Shown here piece by piece: positions 21,221 through 31,952 of a DNA stretch of 64,000 nt. How positions within the stretch are numbered: the stretch's first letter is position 1; each line of letters opens with the position of its first letter. Source of the stretch: an uncultured virus (IMG/VR IMGVR_UViG_3300016471_000493) (Duplodnaviria; Heunggongvirae; Uroviricota; Caudoviricetes). The notes under the pieces are model-generated. The model had not been told where the DNA came from. It made no database searches and worked only from the letters and a program-made list of their open reading frames with translations. The position numbers and the translations under genes are program-made. Where the stretch lies: IMG/VR virus record IMGVR_UViG_3300016471_000493. The stretch is one strand, 5' to 3'.

Positions 21221-21952
21221 TTATTTTTTCAAAAAGTTATTCAATTTATTCATCAAGTCAATAGACCGGTTCATAGGATTTGTATTATCAGTAGATTCTG
21301 ACGACATCTGTTTCATTCTTTTTTCTTCCTCGATATTTTCATCAAATGAATGTCGATCGTCAATGTTTGAGAACAAATAAGCTCCTGGTGTGGAAGGTGA
21401 AGAAACCAAATCAAAACATATTAACTCAAAATCTTTTTGAACTTCATTTTGTTCTCCGACTTTTTTTAAAGACCCAACACCCCTAGACGATATTCCTAAA
21501 GTTACTCCTTGTCTGAGTAAATTTGCTGCTTGGTCTCCCTTAGTTGATACAATCCCTCTTTCATGAAATCCAGGTGACGTTAAAAGTTTTAGTTTTCCAA
21601 GTAACATCTGACCTTCCCACCATAAGTCACTTATTATATGAGATACTCGATCTAAATCAATCAATGAAGACTCAGGATGATTTAATTCTGAGAGTGCAAC
21701 ACCTTTTTTTATTAACTTTTTATAATTTTCAGCTTCTCTTTTTAAAATTTCTTCAGGATAAATTCGACCATTTCTGTTAGGAGTGTTGTATTTCTGTAGT
21801 ACCGCATAAAATTCAAAAGGTTTTGAATAATCTAATTGAGTTTTTTGTTCTTCCAAAACTTTAAGGTTTCTACGGTCTGTCGCAGAAATATATCCTGCAT
21901 CCATTTCAATTAAGATACCTTTTCCCACTTCGTTTGGCCCTAATATTTTCAT
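21221..21952 (-). CDS. prohead core protease (gp21-like)
   Basis: NRNGRIYP, ELNHP, GISSRGVGS, FDLVSSPSTPGAY. Confidence 0.95.
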   Translation of the reverse strand: MKILGPNEVGKGILIEMDAGYISATDRRNLKVLEEQKTQLDYSKPFEFYAVLQKYNTPNRNGRIYPEEILKREAENYKKLIKKGVALSELNHPESSLIDLDRVSHIISDLWWEGQMLLGKLKLLTSPGFHERGIVSTKGDQAANLLRQGVTLGISSRGVGSLKKVGEQNEVQKDFELICFDLVSSPSTPGAYLFSNIDDRHSFDENIEEEKRMKQMSSESTDNTNPMNRSIDLMNKLNNFLKK

Positions 21953-21973
21953 AAAAAAATTTATAAATAAATA

Positions 21974-22423
21974 TTAGGTAGTTTCGATTGTTTTTGTTTT
22001 TTTTGTTTTATCAAATTTGAAATAATTATTTTTAGAAAAATTTTCATAATTAATAATAGATGTAAGATTTTGTAGGTGAGATCTGAGTAAAGAAGATTTA
22101 AATTCTATATTGTTTTCAACAAAAAAAGTTATCTCTAAATTCATAAAACTTTTTTTGCCAACTAATAAACCACTTGTTCTTAGATCTAAGTCAACAATAA
22201 ATTTTGGTTTTAGTAATGAAATATTTAAATATTCGTTTATTGTTTCTTTTATTTCTCGATTCAATGAGTTTATAACTCTTACCCAGTTATCAGTAGATTT
22301 TTGGGGCGTGACCCAAGATTGTATGTTTAAATACAGTGATTTAAAAACTTTGGAATCTACAGTTCCATATGTACTTTTTACTCGTGTAAATCCATTTAAT
22401 TTACAAGTTTTTCCTTTTTTCAT
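21974..22423 (-). CDS. hypothetical protein
   Basis: 149-aa ORF in the head module. Confidence 0.65.
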   Translation of the reverse strand: MKKGKTCKLNGFTRVKSTYGTVDSKVFKSLYLNIQSWVTPQKSTDNWVRVINSLNREIKETINEYLNISLLKPKFIVDLDLRTSGLLVGKKSFMNLEITFFVENNIEFKSSLLRSHLQNLTSIINYENFSKNNYFKFDKTKKTKTIETT

Positions 22424-22530
22424 TTATTCATATTCAAAATATGGTTTATTTTTTTTAAAAAAATAACATTATTATGATAATAATCAATTTTTTTGAATTT
22501 TTTATTTTTTAATTATATTTAGAAACACAA

Positions 22531-22722
22531 ATGATTAAAATTAAAGTAAACGGAACGTCAAATCTTGATAAATCCTTAAAATTATTAAAAGGAAAAGTTA
22601 TCAGAACAAAACAAAATGAAAGTCTTTTAACAAGACTATTTTTTGAAAGTAAGTCTCAAAAAAGAAGAAAAGAAATTCTAAAAGCTCAGTTTATACAAGA
22701 AAAACGTAATTCTGAGGGGTAA
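22531..22722 (+). CDS. rpsU: 30S ribosomal protein bS21 (phage-encoded)
   Basis: NLDKSLK..K.KV.RTKQ...L..R.FF.SKSQKRR.EI.KA.FIQ fits the Bacteroidota S21 pattern; 63 aa, basic. Confidence 0.82.
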   Translation: MIKIKVNGTSNLDKSLKLLKGKVIRTKQNESLLTRLFFESKSQKRRKEILKAQFIQEKRNSEG

Positions 22723-22724
22723 AT

Positions 22725-23426
22725 TTACAAACTTTCGTATAGGTTTTTTAACCTTACAAAGTTGATTCTATCAAAAGTTTCTTTCTCAATAGTACTGATG
22801 GTTTCTTGAATTTTTGAAGAAATGTCTTCAGTATTTTCTTTTGAAATGTCTACTAATTTATTGATAGTATTGGTTTTGAATTCGTCATATTTTTTTTGTA
22901 GAGTTTCTTCACTCTCTGTCAATATACTCATCAACTCTTTTTGAGTATTTTCATCTAAATTAGAAACATATTTAGATACAGTATTATTTGCAATCTTCAA
23001 AATAGAATTAATAGGCAGATTAATATTTTCTTTCTTTTCGGTTTCTTCTGAAAGTTGACTAATTAACCTTTTTTTAGAGTGTGCGCTCTCAACCAAATTT
23101 GTAAAATCAGGGTAAATTAAATTATCAATATCTTTGTATATGTTATCAGTTTTAATTTCTTTAACCCAAAATTCGGCTAATTTTTTTTTTACCGATTTTT
23201 TATTTTGTTCAATCTGTTTTACAGATTCTTGAATAAAAAATTCAGCAGTATCTTTATTTAGAGACCTTGTGTTTTTTAATGATTGATAGTGATAAAATAC
23301 AGAAGTTAAATCTTTATTTTCAAGAACCAATTTCTTGAATTTTTTAATTTCCTGTTCTAAAATACCATTTTGGTATGATGAAATTAAATGGTTTTCTATT
23401 GAAGAAAAAAGTTCTCCGAATTTCAT
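22725..23426 (-). CDS. hypothetical protein (head module)
   Basis: 233-aa ORF downstream of the portal gene. Confidence 0.65.
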   Translation of the reverse strand: MKFGELFSSIENHLISSYQNGILEQEIKKFKKLVLENKDLTSVFYHYQSLKNTRSLNKDTAEFFIQESVKQIEQNKKSVKKKLAEFWVKEIKTDNIYKDIDNLIYPDFTNLVESAHSKKRLISQLSEETEKKENINLPINSILKIANNTVSKYVSNLDENTQKELMSILTESEETLQKKYDEFKTNTINKLVDISKENTEDISSKIQETISTIEKETFDRINFVRLKNLYESL

Positions 23427-23438
23427 AATGTTTATTGA

Positions 23439-25283
23439 TTAAATATCATCGTCAGACAATTTATCTAATACTTGACTTATTGATTTTAATATTTTTTTTC
23501 CTTTATCAAAATCAATCTCACTTTTTTCTTCTATTTCTAATCTTTCTAAAATAATATTTGTAGACTTCTTTATATTTTCAGGAGCTAATACCGGCTCTTC
23601 AGGAGGAGGAAGTGTTTCACCGCCAGGGCCAGGTGCAATACCACCTAACTCACCACCCATGGGTGGTAAAGGTTCTACACCACTAGGCGGAACAGACCCA
23701 CTCGTGGCGGTTTCACCACTTAAAATGGATTTACTATACAGTTTATCAATATTGTCAAAGATACCCGTTCTATTAATAACGTTAGGAGTATTTGTTAACT
23801 CAGCGGCTACAGCAATCTCAATTCTTTGTTGATTAAGATCTAATTTTATTTCATCGTCAGAGAAACCAAGTATGTGTTTTTTAGCCCAAGCGTTTGACAC
23901 AGGTGAAATTCCATCAACTTTTGTAACCGCATCTCTATACAACAACATTTTTTCTTTCCAAACTTCAACAGTAAGTAAATCGGCTTGTTTTGATGGATTA
24001 GTCAAAGACAATTGAAATGAACTTAATTCGTCCTCAAACCCTAAAAGAAATAAATGAATTATTGCGATTTTATTCAGTTCAGCAATCATACATTTTTGTA
24101 TACGATTGATTGTTCTGGCAAAACGAATATCTTGAAGTGACAGATTTTTACCATCACCAACAGGTTCTTCAAATCCTAAAAATGCTTTAGGAATTCTTAA
24201 AGCAGTCAGAAGTTTCTTTTGAATGTATTCTATATCCGCAATTTCAGAAAGATTTTGAGCGCCAGGTAAAGTATCTATAGGAGTTGGAGCGGCAGGGTCT
24301 CTAACAGGAATAAAAAAATCCTGATCAACTGCCATTTGATTGAATCTCATATCAACATTACCAGTTTTAGGATCGGAAATTTGGTCTTTTTTGAATTGTT
24401 GTGCAAATCTTTGTACATATGGATATACATCCGCATCATCCATATTTCCGACATAAACTTTGAAAACTCTTCTCTCAGGGGCTCGTGAGGTCCTATAAAC
24501 TAACATAGCATCCTCAGCTAACACCAATTGTTTCCAAATTCTTCTTGCCTTCTCAGTCATCGATGTACCATATGGTAACTTACGATCGTCTCCTAACAAT
24601 CTAAAATGTGCGATTTCCCAACTATTAAAATCAAGTTGTTTGTTTTTCCAAGTGAATGTTAAACTCTTCACATCTGGTCTTGATGATTGTGCCGCCCCAA
24701 AACCTGAGGTTGCTCTACCTTTCATACCAACCTCGATCCTTTCTATCTCTATATTTGGTAACTGTAGACACCCAACGACACCTCTTTCAGGATCTAATTT
24801 CAAAAACACAAAATTATCACCATATTTAGCGGTATTACGTGTCCACATAGGTAAGTTTGTATTGATATCCAAAGCATTATTAAATAAGTCAGCCAAAATT
24901 GATTTGATCCTCGGTGAATCCGAATAGATTTGTAACATAAATCCATTTTCATCGACCGTAGTTGATTCTTCGGCATATGTATCTAATGCTGAGGCAATTT
25001 CGGGCGTGTATTCCATACTTTCAAAATCATAATATGATGCCAATCTTGTTGGTTCATAGTATACTGCCTGATTGTACAAGTTATTTTCAACTTTAGCCCA
25101 TTGACTTACAAGATAGTATGTTTGTTGAGCTTGAAGTTTTTGTTTTTCGTATTCGTCTTTACTTTGTGTTCTAAGTAATTCTTTTTTATCAAAAGTATAC
25201 GTCGGTATATCTTGGCCTAATAAAGAATTTGGCCCTAAACTTTGAGATAGTCTTTGCCAAATTGTTAAATTTTTATTTTCCAT
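23439..25283 (-). CDS. portal protein (gp20-like)
   Basis: EDAMLVYRTSRAPERRVFKVYVGNM, IDTLPGAQNL, IRFARTINRIQ. Confidence 0.96.
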   Translation of the reverse strand: MENKNLTIWQRLSQSLGPNSLLGQDIPTYTFDKKELLRTQSKDEYEKQKLQAQQTYYLVSQWAKVENNLYNQAVYYEPTRLASYYDFESMEYTPEIASALDTYAEESTTVDENGFMLQIYSDSPRIKSILADLFNNALDINTNLPMWTRNTAKYGDNFVFLKLDPERGVVGCLQLPNIEIERIEVGMKGRATSGFGAAQSSRPDVKSLTFTWKNKQLDFNSWEIAHFRLLGDDRKLPYGTSMTEKARRIWKQLVLAEDAMLVYRTSRAPERRVFKVYVGNMDDADVYPYVQRFAQQFKKDQISDPKTGNVDMRFNQMAVDQDFFIPVRDPAAPTPIDTLPGAQNLSEIADIEYIQKKLLTALRIPKAFLGFEEPVGDGKNLSLQDIRFARTINRIQKCMIAELNKIAIIHLFLLGFEDELSSFQLSLTNPSKQADLLTVEVWKEKMLLYRDAVTKVDGISPVSNAWAKKHILGFSDDEIKLDLNQQRIEIAVAAELTNTPNVINRTGIFDNIDKLYSKSILSGETATSGSVPPSGVEPLPPMGGELGGIAPGPGGETLPPPEEPVLAPENIKKSTNIILERLEIEEKSEIDFDKGKKILKSISQVLDKLSDDDI

Positions 25284-25312
25284 ACTTAAGAATAAATATT
25301 CGACTCATTAAA

Positions 25313-27082
25313 TCAACGCTTACTACCTCCAAACAACCATGAATATTCTTTATAATCATTTAATGAAGGTTGATTTCTAAACGCAGGATTTTCTCTATAA
25401 TTTGTGTTTGGTAATGCGGGATTAAAATGTGTTGTTGCTAGTTGTTCATACGATTTAACCTCCCATGATTCTAATAAAACTTTTGCTTGTTGTGAAACTT
25501 TTTGTAACTGAGCAAATGAATAATCTGCCACATATACAGCAATTGCTAAAGACATAATAAGATCATCATGTTGTCCTTTCATATGATCTGGTCTACCATT
25601 CACATAAACAAAAGTGTTCATTTCGTTGACTAAACGAATAGAATGTATTTTTAAACCATGTCGAAAATACTCTTCTAACGCAGCAATAATTTGAACTCTT
25701 TTATTGTTGAAATTAATACCTGGTATTTTGTCTTGCATTTTTGGATCAAATTTCCATTTATTTGCAATGTCCATACCGTCTACATAAAGTTCTTTATAAC
25801 CAAGTTCTTGGAGTTTTCTTGCTGTAGAAACCCCCATTCCACCTGTAATATCAATCACTACAAAAGCTTTATACATAGTTGCCCATTTATAAACTATGTC
25901 AGCTAAATTATCAGGGGGGAGTTTTCCTAAATATTCAACAGCTTGTTCTTTATCGTCAAAATCAAAAATTTGGAAAGTTGAAAAATCTTCACTATCACCT
26001 CTCGAAACGTCTACACCCATAATGTATCTATGGCCTATAATAGGTTCTTTCCATAACCATAATCCACCACTTACCATTTTATTTAATGGGTCTTTAACAT
26101 CGTTTTCTAATATTTTTTGAATTAAGTTTGAATCAAATACGTTATCTCCTGACCCCAAAAAATTACATTCTAATTCTTGAGCAACTTTTCTTTTATCATA
26201 TTTTAATTTCTTGACCATTTTTTCAAACCAATTCGAGGTTGGTTTGAACCCATCATCTATAAGTCTTTGTATCTCGTCATAGTCTCTATCTGCAGGTAAT
26301 TTTTCTGAAACATCAACTATTTCAGGATTTGGATATTCATCTCTGTTTAAATAAAAATGTATTAAATCATCTACTTTAATAAATTGTAAATCTTTTGTGT
26401 ATCGTGGATCTCTCCACCAAAACATTTCTGATATTTTGAAGTCGTTAATACCTCTTATTGATTGATCGTAAATTTCATAATAAATTGGATCATACCCGTT
26501 TGGTGTTGATATTACAATAACTTTACCACCTGTGGATAATGAGGCCATACAAGCGGCCCAAAAATCACTATCGGCCTCGATATACGCGGCTTCGTCAAAT
26601 ATTAGAATTGTCGGGGTGTAACCACGTAATGCATCCTTAGATGTTGCAACTGCTTTTACTTCACACCCATTTGATATTTTAAAGTGTCTTTGAGAGTTTT
26701 TTTCATTACTATAAGTGACTCCAACCCAATTAGGCCATTGGTCAATAAATCCTCTAACTTTATTTGCAAATTCAACGGCCGTGTCTAACTTATTTGCAAT
26801 ACACAAAACCTTTTCTGGTTTATTCTTAAGAGCAAAAACTAATTTCTTACTTATCCAAGCAGCGGTTACTGTTGATACCCCAGCTTGTCTATATTTTTTT
26901 GCAATGTTTTCGTTGTACTCTTCGTAATCTTTGATAAGTTTTGCTTGATCAGGAAATAACTCTAATGGAACATATTTTGATTGAGTATTGTCGTAAGTTT
27001 GTAAATACGTTCTTAAAGCATATTCAGTATTCCTTACACATTTAGTGTACTCAAGTAATAATTGTTCTTTTGAAAAACCCAT
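25313..27082 (-). CDS. terminase large subunit (gp17-like)
   Basis: RQAGVST (Walker A variant), LIFDEAAY, ISTPNG, GVDVSRG, HDDLIM. Confidence 0.95.
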   Translation of the reverse strand: MGFSKEQLLLEYTKCVRNTEYALRTYLQTYDNTQSKYVPLELFPDQAKLIKDYEEYNENIAKKYRQAGVSTVTAAWISKKLVFALKNKPEKVLCIANKLDTAVEFANKVRGFIDQWPNWVGVTYSNEKNSQRHFKISNGCEVKAVATSKDALRGYTPTILIFDEAAYIEADSDFWAACMASLSTGGKVIVISTPNGYDPIYYEIYDQSIRGINDFKISEMFWWRDPRYTKDLQFIKVDDLIHFYLNRDEYPNPEIVDVSEKLPADRDYDEIQRLIDDGFKPTSNWFEKMVKKLKYDKRKVAQELECNFLGSGDNVFDSNLIQKILENDVKDPLNKMVSGGLWLWKEPIIGHRYIMGVDVSRGDSEDFSTFQIFDFDDKEQAVEYLGKLPPDNLADIVYKWATMYKAFVVIDITGGMGVSTARKLQELGYKELYVDGMDIANKWKFDPKMQDKIPGINFNNKRVQIIAALEEYFRHGLKIHSIRLVNEMNTFVYVNGRPDHMKGQHDDLIMSLAIAVYVADYSFAQLQKVSQQAKVLLESWEVKSYEQLATTHFNPALPNTNYRENPAFRNQPSLNDYKEYSWLFGGSKR

Positions 27083-27092
27083 TCCATCAACT

Positions 27093-28328
27093 TTATTTGA
27101 ACAAATCGTCTATATTTATATCTTTCAATTCATCATCATCATCGTCGTCACCCTCTCCCTCAATTTCATTCAACTTATTCACAATTTCACTCACCATTCT
27201 GTCTATGATTTGATTAGCTTTAGGATCTCCAACTAAAATTTTTTTAGTCAAATTAATAAAATCCTCAGCACTTATCATCACAAATTTTTGGAAAAGATAA
27301 TTTTGAATAATTCTTTGTCCTGGTTCAAAGATTTTGTTCGGGTAAGCGGTAATTAACTTTTCCCAAAAAATTGGACCAAATCTTAAATCCCAAACTTCAG
27401 CAGGTAATGTATCTTCATAACCCGTCACCGCTTTTTGTTGGTCAGGGTTTGATGGTAAACCATGAGTTCCTATGACATCGTATGTTCCTTTGACTAATTC
27501 ATGTAATAGAACAGGAAATATAACACCTCGAGCAATTACTGTTGGTGGATCAGTATTTGTATCAATTTCTTCTGAACCAGCTTTACTACTCATCAAATTA
27601 CTCAACATATTTTCATTCAAAATCCAATAAAGTATTTCATTTATAGACATTAACGTGCCATATAAATTCAACAATCTAGGATCTAAAGCATTTAATTTTT
27701 CTTCAACTAGATGAAACATATACTGACCTTTAGCCCCAGCACCTTGAACAAACATATTAATTAAACGTCTCTTACTTCTTTCAATATTAAATTCGTCCAA
27801 GGCCTTTATTAACGCATCAACAGGGTTTTCCTCTTCATTTTCAGGATCTTTAAAAAGTTGAAGTATTTCTTCTTCAGTTTTTTCTTCAGGTTCCATCTGA
27901 AACCCTTCATCAGGAATTTCAGATTGACTTACTAAGTAAGCCTGGTATTGTATGTCTGTGGGTGGTACTTCTAATTCTTCTCTTACTATTTCAATAGATA
28001 AATTTTCTAGATATTCTTTGTGTTGTCTTTCAATTGTTACGATTTCTCTTAAAGACCGCATTAATAACATTTGTAAATTACCTATACTTCTTATGTCGAT
28101 AGGACCTGGAATTTGAGCATATCTCCTAATATTATCGACAACTTGTTTGAATCTATAGGATGCTATAATTTCCTCAAAAGTCTGGTTTCCTGTGGTTTTT
28201 GGTAAAAAAGGTTGTTTTGAAACGGGAGTCTCTCCCCTTTCAATTTTCCTTTGAATATTAGGATCCATCCTTTCGGGTCTATCACCATAATCGATGGGGG
28301 CCTCTTTTATATGTTTTTTGTAAGACAT
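27093..28328 (-). CDS. hypothetical protein with HELVKG motif
   Basis: 411-aa ORF; IKE-A leader. Confidence 0.65.
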   Translation of the reverse strand: MSYKKHIKEAPIDYGDRPERMDPNIQRKIERGETPVSKQPFLPKTTGNQTFEEIIASYRFKQVVDNIRRYAQIPGPIDIRSIGNLQMLLMRSLREIVTIERQHKEYLENLSIEIVREELEVPPTDIQYQAYLVSQSEIPDEGFQMEPEEKTEEEILQLFKDPENEEENPVDALIKALDEFNIERSKRRLINMFVQGAGAKGQYMFHLVEEKLNALDPRLLNLYGTLMSINEILYWILNENMLSNLMSSKAGSEEIDTNTDPPTVIARGVIFPVLLHELVKGTYDVIGTHGLPSNPDQQKAVTGYEDTLPAEVWDLRFGPIFWEKLITAYPNKIFEPGQRIIQNYLFQKFVMISAEDFINLTKKILVGDPKANQIIDRMVSEIVNKLNEIEGEGDDDDDDELKDINIDDLFK

Positions 28329-29149
28329 TATTTTTTAAATTTTATATTTAATTGATCAAATGTTAAATAATCGGGTATTTTAACTTTCCTAGAATTTGAA
28401 ACTAAATTATTAATTTTTTTTTCACTTGTTTCTATTTCATTTAAATCACTTTCTAATTTTTCTTTTGTAATTGAAAAAATTGGAGTTTGTGATTTCTTAT
28501 TCATTTTGTATTTTCCAATTTGTTTGTTGTTGTGTAATGGTCTTTTGATAATAGATTGGTTTTTTGCAATCATCTCAATAAGAGATGCTTTGTCTGTTTG
28601 TGGTAATAAATTTGTTTTTATTTGATTTCTTGTTATGTTCTCCAAAATTGGAATTATTGGGTTCTTGTTTTCCTTAATTTGTTTTTTGACATCCATAACA
28701 CATCTCTCATATTGTTTCATTTGTTTTTTAGACCAATCACTTCGTTCGGTACTACCAAATTTTTTACCCATGGTTGCGGTACATATTGCCCATGGGTTTT
28801 TTGTTTGTTTTTTTTCCGTTATTTCACCTTCGTCCATACCATCACCATAATTACCAAAACCATCATCTGTAGATGGACCAACCTGATGAGGGTCTTGTGT
28901 TCTTTGTCCTTTTTCGAAGTCCATAGGATCTTCTTCATCCTCAGTCACTTCTTTTTCATAGACCTGAAATATTTTCTTTTGGTCTTTCATTTTTTTAATG
29001 GTCACTTGGTCACGAGCTGGAACCATAGTGACTTGTTCATTGACAAAAAATTTATTAAATAATAAATTTACAGAATTTTCTGAAAGTTGAGTAACCATTT
29101 TACGACTCAAACCAGCACTGATTAGTTTTTCAATTTTATTCTTAAGCAT
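28328..29149 (-). CDS. putative internal head protein
   Basis: VNEQ, ITEK, IKEN candidate protease sites; NPWAICT...YERCV domain. Confidence 0.55.
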   Translation of the reverse strand: MLKNKIEKLISAGLSRKMVTQLSENSVNLLFNKFFVNEQVTMVPARDQVTIKKMKDQKKIFQVYEKEVTEDEEDPMDFEKGQRTQDPHQVGPSTDDGFGNYGDGMDEGEITEKKQTKNPWAICTATMGKKFGSTERSDWSKKQMKQYERCVMDVKKQIKENKNPIIPILENITRNQIKTNLLPQTDKASLIEMIAKNQSIIKRPLHNNKQIGKYKMNKKSQTPIFSITKEKLESDLNEIETSEKKINNLVSNSRKVKIPDYLTFDQLNIKFKK

Positions 29150-29537
29150 ATGATACTTGTTTTTCAAATTCTAATACGATGTCTCTTTCGTAAAGTTTAT
29201 CGTTGATACTTTTTTCAGATTCTCCGAATTTAAATACCAATCGTTTATTATCACCACAACTTTCATCAGTTTCCCACCCCAAAGCTATTATATCCTCCAT
29301 AGCATCAATAACCGCCATATAATCTGAGTTCTGTACTAACTCCATTACTACTTCAGTATTACGTAATACACCAACTTTTTGAATGTATTTTATATCGGGA
29401 GGAGTTGGAGTTCCATGAGCTGGTTTGGAATCCCAATTTTCACCCCAAACATCAAAAGATTCACTAAAGATAAATTCGTAAATGTTATCCCCCTTATAAT
29501 TTGGACCTAGTCCGTTGATATAGATAAGGTGACTCAT
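29142..29537 (-). CDS. hypothetical protein
   Basis: 131-aa coupled ORF. Confidence 0.65.
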   Translation of the reverse strand: MSHLIYINGLGPNYKGDNIYEFIFSESFDVWGENWDSKPAHGTPTPPDIKYIQKVGVLRNTEVVMELVQNSDYMAVIDAMEDIIALGWETDESCGDNKRLVFKFGESEKSINDKLYERDIVLEFEKQVSYA

Positions 29538-30778
29538 AAAAATTCACCATCTAAACTAATTTTCAAAATATTGTCTTCATGTTCAAAAACTAAATTTTTT
29601 AAATTTGTTTTTCCTTTAAACTTAAACCCACTAGTTTCACGTATAATAAACTCAGCACTTTCTCTTTGTTCTTTGGTCTCTGCTAATTGTCTCACTTGTT
29701 TTATTGTAATTTTTTTGTAGTGATTGTCTTTATTTTTTTTCTGTAATTGTTCACTTTCATTAATTCTATAATATTGAGATAATAGTTTTTCGACTTCAGA
29801 TTCAGCAAATACAGAATCCATAATTGAACCTATTTTCTTTCTATACATACCTTCCTCTGTTTCATCTTCTATTTCTGCTTTCATTGGCGGCATTTCTTGT
29901 TCTTCATCATCTGTCTCTATATCTATTTTCATATCAGTGTTCATTTCATCTGAACCTATCATGTCCTCATCGTAATCTTCTTCGAATTTAGCTAAAATAT
30001 CTTCACGATCCTCATCATTCAATTTACCCAAATTAACTGCAGATAATATTGAATTTAAAACATATTTGATGTCTTCGGAGGTCATACCCATAGAATCATC
30101 CAACATTCTTAACTTTTGACCTAACTTTCCAGTCAATTTTTGTATAGTACGAAAAGTAACCTCTTCTCTATCTCCCATATTAGGCATCTCATTACCCATA
30201 TCAGGCATTTCAGCATTCATATCAGACATTTCATCTCCCATTTGTTCACTAGAACCACTCATGTCTTGACTCATATCCATAGGAGGTAAATCATCTGGTG
30301 GTGTTGCACCTGTCTGAGATGATTGTACATCAATAGATGGCATTTCTTGTGGAGCAACAGGTTGTGGTGTAACAGGAGTGGGAGCTACAGGTGGTTTTGG
30401 AGTTTTAAGAGTAAATTTTTTTTGTTCACCTATGTTCAAAAGTGGAGTTTCCTCTTGATTTTCAGTTAATCTGTTGACTTCTTTTGCAATTAAGTTGAGA
30501 CGTTTAAGTGCCGCAGAATATGAACTATAATGTTTTCTATTTTTCATTGGTTCAATATAGTCATATGACTCATCAACTCTTTTTTTGATGACATATCCCA
30601 TTTTTTCTTTAACGATTTCATATTCTTTTCCATCTGACAGAACTTTACTATATTCAGTTCTATCAGTTTCATTAATATTACTCGGAATATTTTCTTTGTA
30701 TCGTGAAATTTCTAAAATCCGTTTTATTTTGGATTCACCTGTTAATTTTTCACTTCCAATTGGTTTTAAGTCTGCCAT
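29534..30778 (-). CDS. putative prohead core/internal protein
   Basis: Pro-rich and acidic low-complexity segments; multiple (I/L)xE sites. Confidence 0.55.
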   Translation of the reverse strand: MADLKPIGSEKLTGESKIKRILEISRYKENIPSNINETDRTEYSKVLSDGKEYEIVKEKMGYVIKKRVDESYDYIEPMKNRKHYSSYSAALKRLNLIAKEVNRLTENQEETPLLNIGEQKKFTLKTPKPPVAPTPVTPQPVAPQEMPSIDVQSSQTGATPPDDLPPMDMSQDMSGSSEQMGDEMSDMNAEMPDMGNEMPNMGDREEVTFRTIQKLTGKLGQKLRMLDDSMGMTSEDIKYVLNSILSAVNLGKLNDEDREDILAKFEEDYDEDMIGSDEMNTDMKIDIETDDEEQEMPPMKAEIEDETEEGMYRKKIGSIMDSVFAESEVEKLLSQYYRINESEQLQKKNKDNHYKKITIKQVRQLAETKEQRESAEFIIRETSGFKFKGKTNLKNLVFEHEDNILKISLDGEFL

Positions 30779-30800
30779 TTTATTATTTTTTTTAATTTTA

Positions 30801-31145
30801 TTATGAATTTAACCCGTGCATTCCGCCCAATTGAACTAGCCCTAACTGAATTACCGCTCTTTCTTGGTTGTTGGACCAATAAGGATGGGGTAACGATTGT
30901 TCTGTAGATGAAGTACAAGTACAACCAGTTGTACTGAAACAAGTCCGACATTCGTTATACACAGTACCAGCACTCAATGCAAATGGGCTTAAAGACGGAG
31001 TTGGTGTCCGAGTTTGTGTTGGTGTTACAGTAGAGGTTACTGTTGCAGTAATACTAGGTGTTGGTGTTACACTACTAGTGATACTCGGAGTAACTGTAAC
31101 AGTTGGTGTGTTAGTAGGTGTAGGAGTAGGTGTTTCCGTAGCCAT
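30801..31145 (-). CDS. Thr/Pro-repeat protein with Cys-rich C-terminus
   Basis: TPTPTPTNTPT...; CRTC...CTC. Confidence 0.65.
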   Translation of the reverse strand: MATETPTPTPTNTPTVTVTPSITSSVTPTPSITATVTSTVTPTQTRTPTPSLSPFALSAGTVYNECRTCFSTTGCTCTSSTEQSLPHPYWSNNQERAVIQLGLVQLGGMHGLNS

Positions 31146-31200
31146 ATATTTTTTTTATAAATAAATATACTAAAATGACAAATAATTCATTTTTTGTAAA

Positions 31201-31935
31201 TTACAATGAAAGTTTCCTATCCATTAATTGATTTTTAAATGTATACAATTTGTCCAAATATCCATTTCTTCTCAAAAATTTAAAAACTATATTTTCATAG
31301 GATAATTCACCACCACTATCTAAACCTGACTTTCTATATTTTTTTAATTTATCTGTAAAATTTTTTATCTTTTTAAGAGCGGTGTCAATATTCAAATCTT
31401 TGGCATCAATCATTAAATTATCAATTCTATCCATCATTGTGTCCGCTTTTTTGAGGAAAAACTTTTTATCAATCGATACTTTTTTCTTAACTGGTTTATT
31501 AATCCAATCATTGTAAAGGACTGAAAATACCCCCGAAGACACATGTTTTTCTGAAATATCTTCAGCGTATAATTCCACCTCATAACCTTTTACGGTTATG
31601 TCGTGGTTTTCATTAAAAAGTGTTTTTTTTAAATTGAAAAGTTCTTTATACAATTCTCTTTCAGATGGTTCGAATTGATCATAATCCAAAATTACATGTA
31701 AATCTATATCTGAAAATTTGGACCAGTTAAAATTTGCTAAAGATCCTGTAAATCTTACATCTGATACGAAAATATCGTCACCTAAATAACCCTGAAATTC
31801 AGAAGCTATTTTTAATAAAACTTTTCTAATTTGAGGTTTTAATACTGGGTTGTCTGTAAATACATTATTCCATATTTCACCATTGAGAATATCTCTAGTT
31901 TCAAATGACTTAAGTATTTCTTGATAACCTTCCAT
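31201..31935 (-). CDS. Pol-beta-superfamily nucleotidyltransferase
   Basis: GSLANFNWSKFSDIDLH (GS...DxD) plus third acidic residue in VELY. Confidence 0.85.
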   Translation of the reverse strand: MEGYQEILKSFETRDILNGEIWNNVFTDNPVLKPQIRKVLLKIASEFQGYLGDDIFVSDVRFTGSLANFNWSKFSDIDLHVILDYDQFEPSERELYKELFNLKKTLFNENHDITVKGYEVELYAEDISEKHVSSGVFSVLYNDWINKPVKKKVSIDKKFFLKKADTMMDRIDNLMIDAKDLNIDTALKKIKNFTDKLKKYRKSGLDSGGELSYENIVFKFLRRNGYLDKLYTFKNQLMDRKLSL

Positions 31936-31952
31936 TCATTATAAATATTCAC

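Noticed and set aside
25313..27082. Intein or inactive terminase (Walker A reads RQAGVST)
   Set aside because: No intein boundary motifs seen; all other ATPase and nuclease motifs are intact
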